A stretch of DNA of 17,267 nucleotides, taken from positions 1 through 17,267 of the forward strand of contig JBDRTG010000028.1 in assembly GCA_043824255.1 (NCBI GenBank), read 5' to 3'. Positions 8,509 through 15,312 of the stretch are shown here, in pieces. Source of the stretch: a bacterium (lineage in GTDB: Bacteria; JAHJDO01). Both the position numbers and the translations under genes were made by a program. The notes beneath the pieces are model-generated. The model made no database searches. It was not told the origin of the DNA and worked only from the letters and a program-made list of their open reading frames with translations. How positions within the stretch are numbered: the first letter of the stretch is position 1; each line of letters opens with the position of its first letter.

Positions 8509-8537
8509 AATCGTAATATTTCTTAAAAAATAGTAAT
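8507..8537 (+). promoter_or_regulatory. Candidate AraC-type operator (direct repeat) upstream of the catabolic operon
   Basis: AAAATCGTAAT (8507-8517) and AAAATAGTAAT (8527-8537), 20-bp period, at the end of the AraC gene and about 180 nt upstream of the 8718 start. The AT-rich context raises the chance of coincidence. Confidence 0.35.
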
Positions 8538-8717
8538 TTATTGTATTGTGTCTATTGTTATTCTGATTTATCCTTCGATTAGAATTTAGATTCAGAAATA
8601 AATAAGGTTCTTTGAAAAAAGGTATAAAAACTAAGACTTCCAAGGAGTAACTGTAGCAAAGAAATAGAAAAATGCAAAAAATTAAAAAAATTAATTTTTA
8701 ATATTTAGGACTAAAAA

Positions 8718-9572
8718 ATGTTAAATGTAAAAGTTGGTTATCATTGTATCACCTGGTGGCAAGGCAAGCATGGCGAAAAGAAAGAGCAAAATCTTATTAA
8801 GTCATTAGATGAAATCAGTGCAGTTGGCTACAAAGGGTTTGAAACAGGACTTTTCTTAATTGACGAATATTACGGGAGAGAAAAGGAACTCAAGGACATT
8901 ATTGCAGAAAGAAACCTGGAATTGGTTACTTTATATGGAGGAGGTGGATTTATTGACCCAGCCAAATATGATGAAGAGATAGAACGCAATACTAAAGGGA
9001 TGGAAATGTTAGCTAAAATGGGCGCATCTATTTTTGTTACAGCTGGAGGTACAAAAAGACCAGAAGGGAACACTGAGGCTGATTATCAGATATTAGCCAA
9101 GGCATTAAATGAGCTTGGCAGGCGGTGTAAAGATTATGGGCTGAAATCGTGCTATCACTTACATTGGAAAACAATGGTGGAAACACGGGAGCAGCTGACG
9201 TGGCTAATGGAAAACACAGATCCTAATCTGGTTTGGCTGTTAGCTGATACTGCCCATCTTATGCGTGGAGGGAGCGAGCCGGTAGAAGTATTTAAAACTT
9301 ACATAAACCGAATAGCCTATACCCATTTCAAGGATATAGATATGAATGAGGTAAAAGAGGATGCAGCAAAAGGAGATTATCGCTCAGTTATCAATTATTT
9401 TAAGGAATTGGGAGAGGGGAAGGTAGATTTTTCGAGTATTATACGGATAATGGATAAATCTAGTTACAATGGTTGGATAATGATTGAACTTGACTCAACG
9501 ACAAGAACGCCAAAAGAAAGCGCACAAATAAGCAAGAAATATCTTGAGGAAAAATTAGGAGTTAAGGTTTAA
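8718..9572 (+). CDS. IolE/MocC-like sugar phosphate isomerase/epimerase (inosose dehydratase-like TIM barrel)
   Basis: GYHCITW, LDEISAVGYKGFE, LNELGRRC...YHLHW.TMVET, LLADTAHL, THFKD, FKELGEGKVDF and YNGWIMIELD. Confidence 0.88.
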   Translation: MLNVKVGYHCITWWQGKHGEKKEQNLIKSLDEISAVGYKGFETGLFLIDEYYGREKELKDIIAERNLELVTLYGGGGFIDPAKYDEEIERNTKGMEMLAKMGASIFVTAGGTKRPEGNTEADYQILAKALNELGRRCKDYGLKSCYHLHWKTMVETREQLTWLMENTDPNLVWLLADTAHLMRGGSEPVEVFKTYINRIAYTHFKDIDMNEVKEDAAKGDYRSVINYFKELGEGKVDFSSIIRIMDKSSYNGWIMIELDSTTRTPKESAQISKKYLEEKLGVKV

Positions 9573-10757
9573 ATGAAACCATATGTATTTAAGGTTGGAA
9601 TTATTGGCATAGGTTATATTGGCAAGATTCATTTAGAAGAGTTATCTCGAGTGGAAGGGGTTGAGGTTGTGGCTATAGCAGATGCCAATGCAGAACTTGT
9701 TAAAGATATTGGGACAAGATATGGAATTAAAGGAACGTACTCTGATTGGAAGAAACTTGTTAATGATAGTGACGTAGAAATAATACATAACTGCACACCC
9801 AACAATCTTCATTTTGAAGTCAACCAAGAGGTTATAGAAAGCGGTAAAGAAATATTCTCCGAAAAGCCGTTGGCTTTAAATGCAGACGAATCAAGGATCT
9901 TGGCTGAAACGGCAAAGGAGAAAGGAACTGTTACAGGAATAAATTTTTGTTATCGCTATTATCCAGTTTTGCAGGAGGCTGCGAACAGGATAAGGTCGGG
10001 AGAGATAGGAGAAGTTCACACTGTCTTAGGACATTATCTTCAGGATTGGCTGCTCTACCCCACTGATTACAGCTGGAGGCTTGATCCCAAGTTTTCGGGT
10101 TGTTCAAATGTTATGGGTGATCTGGGCAGTCATTGCTGCGATCTGGTTCAATTTATAACAGGCAGTCGTATAAAAGAGGTTATGGCAGAGTTGAGAACAG
10201 TTATTCCCAAAAGGCAAAAAGCGAAGGATGGAACAATTTTAACATTTTCAAATCAGTGCTCACAGGATTTTGATGAGATTGACATAAAGCTTGATGATTA
10301 TGGAGCTCTGATGATACGTTTTGAAAACGAAGCGAGAGGTATGTTTACAACTGCTCAGGTGTGTGCCGGGAGAAAGTGTAATATTGACGTTCAGATATAC
10401 GGCGCAGAAAAATCTCTGGCATGGAATCATGAACGACCTGCTGAACTCTGGATTGGCAAAAGAAATGAGGCAAACGAAATATTCTTTGAATCTCCATTGC
10501 TTCAGAATGAATCAACCAGACATTATGCAACTCTGCCATCCGGTCATCCAATGGGTTATCGAGATGCTATAGTCAATTTGTTCAGGGATTACTACAAGGC
10601 TATTAAAGATAAAAGAGAAGGTAAAAAGCCTGTTTCAGGCCACCCTGATTTTATCGCAGGGCATAACGAAATGCTAATACTGGAAGCAGCTTTAGAATCA
10701 GCTAAACAAGGAATATGGACAGAAGTTAAATATAAAGGCTTAAATCATGGAGGGTAG
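9573..10757 (+). CDS. Gfo/Idh/MocA family NAD(P)-dependent oxidoreductase
   Basis: VGIIGIGYIG Rossmann motif, CTPNNLH, SEKPLA, NFCYRYYP, YLQDW, WRLDP and GDLGSH. Confidence 0.95.
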   Translation: MKPYVFKVGIIGIGYIGKIHLEELSRVEGVEVVAIADANAELVKDIGTRYGIKGTYSDWKKLVNDSDVEIIHNCTPNNLHFEVNQEVIESGKEIFSEKPLALNADESRILAETAKEKGTVTGINFCYRYYPVLQEAANRIRSGEIGEVHTVLGHYLQDWLLYPTDYSWRLDPKFSGCSNVMGDLGSHCCDLVQFITGSRIKEVMAELRTVIPKRQKAKDGTILTFSNQCSQDFDEIDIKLDDYGALMIRFENEARGMFTTAQVCAGRKCNIDVQIYGAEKSLAWNHERPAELWIGKRNEANEIFFESPLLQNESTRHYATLPSGHPMGYRDAIVNLFRDYYKAIKDKREGKKPVSGHPDFIAGHNEMLILEAALESAKQGIWTEVKYKGLNHGG

Positions 10758-10762
10758 ATAAT

Positions 10763-11812
10763 ATGTCTGATAAGCAAAAAACTAAATATCGATTTTCTTT
10801 TGGTCCTTGGAATGTTCATGAGGGAGCGGATCCGTTCGGGCCTGCAGTAAGGGAAAGTTTCAGCTTTGATGAAAAATTAAAAATGTATAAAAAGCTTGGT
10901 TTTGATGGTATCCAGTTTCATGATGACGATGCTGTTCCCGACATGAACAATCTTAAACCTCAGCAAATTATAAGTGAAGCAAAAAAACTTTCTCAGAAAT
11001 TAAAAGATGCAGGTTTAACTCCTGAGTTTGTTGCGCCCAGATTATGGGAAGATCCAAGAACGATTGACGGCGCATACACATCAAACGATTCAGTCTGCCG
11101 AAAATATGCAATTGAGCGAAGTAAACGAGCTATTGATATTGCTAATACACTTGGAACAAATTTAATCGTACTCTGGCTTGCTAGGGAAGGAACATATATT
11201 CGCGAGGCAAAAGACAGCAGAAAGGCCGTGCAGAGACTTGTTGAAGCTATGAACGCAATGCTTGAATATGACTCAAAAATCCGTATTGCGATTGAGCCAA
11301 AACCGAATGAGCCTATGGATCAAGCATATATCCCAACAACCGGCCACGCGCTGGCGCTTGCTCAGCTTACTATTGATTCAGAAAGGGTTGGTGTGAATAT
11401 TGAGAGTGCCCATGCAATTCTCGCAGGTCTGGATCCATCCGATGAAATGGGATTTGCCCTTTCCTTTAATAAATTGTGGACTGTACATCTGAACGATCAA
11501 AATGGATTAAAATTTGATGAAGATAAGACGTTTGGGTCTGTGGATTTAAGAAGGGCTTTTAATCAAGTTAGAGTATTAGAAGAAGCTGGCTATGGAAGAA
11601 ACGGGGAGTTCGTTGGTCTTGACGTAAAGGCAATGAGAACACAGAAGAAGGAAGTATCTACAAAGCACCTTCTTAACAGCAGAAAAATTTTTGAAGCGCT
11701 ACTGGAGATTGTAAGAAATTGCGATAAAAACTACATTCAGAAGCTTATTGCAAAAAGAGACTACGAGGAATTGGATATGTTCATAATTAAAAATCTAATG
11801 AGTTTAAGATAA
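10763..11812 (+). CDS. xylA: Xylose isomerase-like protein
   Basis: XylA signatures FSFGPW...DPFG, QFHDDD, WLAREG, IEPKPNEP, VNIESAH and HLNDQNG.KFDED. Substrate is unverified and no xylulokinase gene is in the window. Confidence 0.7.
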   Translation: MSDKQKTKYRFSFGPWNVHEGADPFGPAVRESFSFDEKLKMYKKLGFDGIQFHDDDAVPDMNNLKPQQIISEAKKLSQKLKDAGLTPEFVAPRLWEDPRTIDGAYTSNDSVCRKYAIERSKRAIDIANTLGTNLIVLWLAREGTYIREAKDSRKAVQRLVEAMNAMLEYDSKIRIAIEPKPNEPMDQAYIPTTGHALALAQLTIDSERVGVNIESAHAILAGLDPSDEMGFALSFNKLWTVHLNDQNGLKFDEDKTFGSVDLRRAFNQVRVLEEAGYGRNGEFVGLDVKAMRTQKKEVSTKHLLNSRKIFEALLEIVRNCDKNYIQKLIAKRDYEELDMFIIKNLMSLR

Positions 11813-11823
11813 TAGGTGAGATT

Positions 11824-13056
11824 ATGGCAAAACTTGCTGTTAACGGAGGAGTTCCTGTAGCCAGGGATTTAATCGTTGAGAAATGGCCGATAATTGACGA
11901 TAAAGATAGGAGTGCAGTTCTTGAAGTAGTTAATTCTCAAGATTGGTGCAGACTCCACGAAAATTCGAAGGTTGGGCAATTTGAAGGAAAATATGCGAAT
12001 TTTCATGGCGCTAAGCACTGTATAGCAACTGCAAACGGAACTGTTTCCCTGCAATTGGCGTTGAGAACACTCGGTATTAAAGCGGGAGATGAAGCTATAG
12101 TTCCTGCAGTCAGTTTTATAGCAACTGCCAGTGCAGTAGCTGAAATAGGAGCCATTCCGATTTTTGCAGATATTGATTCAGAAACTGCACAAATTAGCCC
12201 TGAAGCGATTGAAGAGACAATAACTTCCCGAACAAAAGCAGTTATAATAGTCCATTATAGCGGATATCCAGCAAACTTTGATGCTATCCTGCCGATTGCT
12301 AAAAAGCATAATTTGAAAGTTGTAGAGGACGCAGCGCATGCACATGGAACAGAATGGAAAAGAAGAAAAGTAGGCGCGATTGGAGATATTGGCTCTTTTT
12401 CGTTTCAAGGGACAAAATCCCTATGTGCAGGAGAAGGCGGATGTGTTTTAACAAATGATGCTGGACTAGCTGAAAAAGCGCAATTAATAGATAATATTGG
12501 AAGAGTATTAGGAGCTCCTGGTTATGAGCACCACATTCTTTCTTCAAATTACAGAATGAGCGAATTCTGTGGAGCTGTTTTATTATCGCAATTAGAGAAG
12601 TTCCCGGAGCAGTTAGATATGAGAGAGAAAAATGGTGAATTTTTAGCCTCTGAGCTCGAAAAAATAGGTGGTGTAAACCCACTTAAAAAAGACTTGCGGA
12701 TTACAAAAAGAGGCTACTGCTTTTTTGTCATACGGTATGATAGAAAGGGATTTAAGGATATTCCTAGAGATAAATTTATAAAAGCTCTTAATGCTGAAGG
12801 TATTCCATGCCATGTTGCTTATAGGGTGCCACTTTATAAACAGACTGCCTTTAAAAAAATAAATATCCGGCAGCTTATTCCTGAGATACTCGGAGAAATT
12901 CCGGATTATGAAAATTTATATCTTTCTGCATCAGAGAAATTTTGTTTTGAGGAGCAGATTGCAATTTCTCACAGGATATTGCTCCATAGAGCAAATATCC
13001 AATTGATTCTGAATGCAATAGTGAAGATTAAGAATAATATTGGAGAATTAAAATAA
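11824..13056 (+). CDS. DegT/DnrJ/EryC1/StrS family PLP-dependent aminotransferase (inosose/ketosugar aminotransferase-like)
   Basis: NGTVSL.LAL, GDEAIVP.VSFIATA, VVEDAAHAHG, PLP-lysine motif SFSFQGTKSL.AGEGG and NYRMSE. Confidence 0.93.
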   Translation: MAKLAVNGGVPVARDLIVEKWPIIDDKDRSAVLEVVNSQDWCRLHENSKVGQFEGKYANFHGAKHCIATANGTVSLQLALRTLGIKAGDEAIVPAVSFIATASAVAEIGAIPIFADIDSETAQISPEAIEETITSRTKAVIIVHYSGYPANFDAILPIAKKHNLKVVEDAAHAHGTEWKRRKVGAIGDIGSFSFQGTKSLCAGEGGCVLTNDAGLAEKAQLIDNIGRVLGAPGYEHHILSSNYRMSEFCGAVLLSQLEKFPEQLDMREKNGEFLASELEKIGGVNPLKKDLRITKRGYCFFVIRYDRKGFKDIPRDKFIKALNAEGIPCHVAYRVPLYKQTAFKKINIRQLIPEILGEIPDYENLYLSASEKFCFEEQIAISHRILLHRANIQLILNAIVKIKNNIGELK

Positions 13057-13135
13057 GATTGAAGTTGGTATAGTAAGTAATATGGACTATAATAAGGGCG
13101 ATAGAGAAAATAGGTGATAAGGAGTTTAAATAATC

Positions 13136-14371
13136 ATGCATAATCTTAGGGCAGGGATATGCAAGATTGATATTACTCCACCAATAGGAATATGCCAAGC
13201 AGGCTTTGGTTCTAGAAAAGGGATGCCTTCAATAGGGATTTATGATGAGCTTTATGCCAAGATTCTCGTATTGGAGAGAGGTAAGGTAAGAACAGCTATT
13301 GTAACCACAGATACTCTTGGCTTGGATACAGAACTCACATCCAAAATTAAGAAACTAATATATAGACAAACAGGTATTAAAGATGTTTTGCTCTCTGGTT
13401 CTCATACTCACTCCGGTCCACTTATTGGTCCTGCATGGCATATGAAATCTGCCAAAAAGGATTTTGCCTATATAGATATCCTTTCCAGGCAGATTGCCGG
13501 TGCAGTTTATGCGGCAAGTAATAATATGACTGCGGTTAGAGTAAAAAGTGGAACTGGTTATGCTAAGATAGGAATTAATAGAAGACCTGTAGATAAGGAT
13601 GGCAAAGTAAGAAAGATGGGAAGAAATCCCAGGGGAGTGATTGATACTGATGTGCCAATTTTAGTTTTAGAAAGAACGGATGGCAATGTTCTTGCTCTTT
13701 TGTTAACCTATGCCTGTCATGCGGTAACAGCTGGTGATTCATTTTATATCTCAGCAGATTATCCAGGTTATACTCAGAGATTAGTTGAGAACAAATTAGA
13801 TTGTAATGTCCTTTTTACTCAAGGGGCAGGAGCCAATATTAACCCAATAGGCTTTCCATCTAAGACTCCATTTAGATTGGCAGAGACATTAGGAGAAAAA
13901 CTTGGGAGGGCAGTTCTATTAACTTTAAAAAAGATAAAGAAGTATAAAATTAATCCTTGCTTAATGGTTACAAGCAAGAAGATTCTTATTCCACTTAGAG
14001 AAGAACTCTTTTCCGAGAAGGTTCCGGTCTACTTGCGTGGTTTAAGGGAAGAAAATGTACAACGAATAAAAGGAAAGGAATTTTCTTACGAGATATATGT
14101 GATGCGCATAGGCAACTGCCTTTTTGTGGGACTTGAAGGTGAAGTATTAGTCGAGATAGGGCTGGAGATAAAACAGAAAGTATTTGCAAGGCATAAAGGG
14201 ATAAAGAATGTATCTATTATTGGATATGCTGGGAATACTTCATATTACCTTTCAGTGCCAAAGACTTTTGAAGAAGGTGGGTATGAATATAAAGAGAGTC
14301 TTTTGGCTAAGGAGGCCAGCAATATGATAATTAACTCTGTACTTAGAATTGTTGGCAATATGTGGAAGTAA
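13136..14371 (+). CDS. Neutral/alkaline ceramidase-like amidohydrolase (N-terminal domain family)
   Basis: AG..KIDITPP, D.LYAKILVL, SHTHSGP, GINRR, YACHA, ISADYPG, GAGANINP and GGYE. RBS AAGGAG upstream. Confidence 0.85.
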   Translation: MHNLRAGICKIDITPPIGICQAGFGSRKGMPSIGIYDELYAKILVLERGKVRTAIVTTDTLGLDTELTSKIKKLIYRQTGIKDVLLSGSHTHSGPLIGPAWHMKSAKKDFAYIDILSRQIAGAVYAASNNMTAVRVKSGTGYAKIGINRRPVDKDGKVRKMGRNPRGVIDTDVPILVLERTDGNVLALLLTYACHAVTAGDSFYISADYPGYTQRLVENKLDCNVLFTQGAGANINPIGFPSKTPFRLAETLGEKLGRAVLLTLKKIKKYKINPCLMVTSKKILIPLREELFSEKVPVYLRGLREENVQRIKGKEFSYEIYVMRIGNCLFVGLEGEVLVEIGLEIKQKVFARHKGIKNVSIIGYAGNTSYYLSVPKTFEEGGYEYKESLLAKEASNMIINSVLRIVGNMWK

Positions 14372-14437
14372 AAAAGTCTGAGGAAATAGGTCTTCAGGTA
14401 GAACTAAATTTTGGCTTTTAACACAAGGAGAAGAAAA

Positions 14438-15277
14438 ATGAGTAAAAAAGTCAGAGACCTTGTTAACGCATTTCGTAGACATAGATGTAACGTCAGTCAG
14501 GTGCCCGCCACTATCTCTAACACTGGCTTTGTGAAGGTCGATACCAACAGAGGTTTTTGGGATCATTTTGTTTCTCCTTTTAAATTAACGGTTAGTTGGT
14601 TCAAAGGAACCACCCGTAGTGTAACACACCACGTAATGTCCCTACATTCTTTCACCTTAATAGAGTTGCTTGTGGTAATTGCTATCATAGCGCTTCTTTC
14701 ATCATTGCTTCTGCCTGCGCTTACTGGCGCGAGAGAAATGGCAAGAAACATCAAATGCGTCAGCAATCTAAAGCAACTGGGATTAATTGTGACTCTTTAT
14801 AGTCAGGATAATGATGGATGGATTTTGCCTAGTAGTATCACTGCCGGTGTTGATGGTGTTAATCAATGGATGTTCATATTGCGTGACCACTATGGAATAT
14901 CTTATCCAGGGCTGGGAATGGGAAAAGGAACTCTTTATGACTGTCCTTCTGAAACAAGAGGTTGGGGAGCATATGCCGATGGGCACTTCTATTATACTAT
15001 GTATGCATCTAATTCTCGTCTTATGGGATGGACTGGCAATTATTCATTTCATAAAACATCCAGAATTTTTGATGCTACAGTAGCTATGATGTTAATAGAC
15101 AGCGGTTTGAAAGCTGATTATAATATAGGCATTCTTTATGCTGGTTATGCTTGCTGTAGGCATAATGAGCGTGCAAATGTTTTGTATGCAGACGGTCATG
15201 TAGAAGGGAAAACAGTAGGTGAGTTAATGCCTGGAGGAAGTACAACACTAGCTCTACTAGCTGGTTATCACTACTAA
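14438..15277 (+). CDS. Prepilin-type N-terminal cleavage/methylation domain protein with H-X9-DG motif (DUF1559-like) and unusually long leader
   Basis: RBS AGGAG at 14426-14430 then ATG14438, preferred over the track's TTG14411. [16 protein letters not shown] starts at 14651, followed by C.SNLKQLG, YDCPS and [15 protein letters not shown]. Confidence 0.9.
   Translation: MSKKVRDLVNAFRRHRCNVSQVPATISNTGFVKVDTNRGFWDHFVSPFKLTVSWFKGTTRSVTHHVMSLHSFTLIELLVVIAIIALLSSLLLPALTGAREMARNIKCVSNLKQLGLIVTLYSQDNDGWILPSSITAGVDGVNQWMFILRDHYGISYPGLGMGKGTLYDCPSETRGWGAYADGHFYYTMYASNSRLMGWTGNYSFHKTSRIFDATVAMMLIDSGLKADYNIGILYAGYACCRHNERANVLYADGHVEGKTVGELMPGGSTTLALLAGYHY
14523..14679 (+). repeat. 157-nt direct repeat, copy 2 (shared prepilin leader block)
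   Basis: Matches 9-165 with 7 substitutions and no gaps. Confidence 0.95.
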
Positions 15278-15312
15278 TAAATTTCCAAGTTCTTTAGTCA
15301 GGTAAAGAGAAT

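Noticed and set aside
11824..13056. O-antigen or aminoglycoside biosynthesis cluster
   Set aside because: No NDP-sugar enzymes, glycosyltransferases, DOI synthase or resistance genes in the window.
14411..14437. TTG14411 as start of the second prepilin
   Set aside because: The extension contains the RBS for ATG14438, which is the better start.
9..14679. Direct repeats as IS ends, CRISPR repeats or a DGR template/variable pair
   Set aside because: Only two copies and no transposase, cas or reverse transcriptase gene. The mismatches are not adenine-specific and sit at the N-terminus rather than in a C-terminal variable region.
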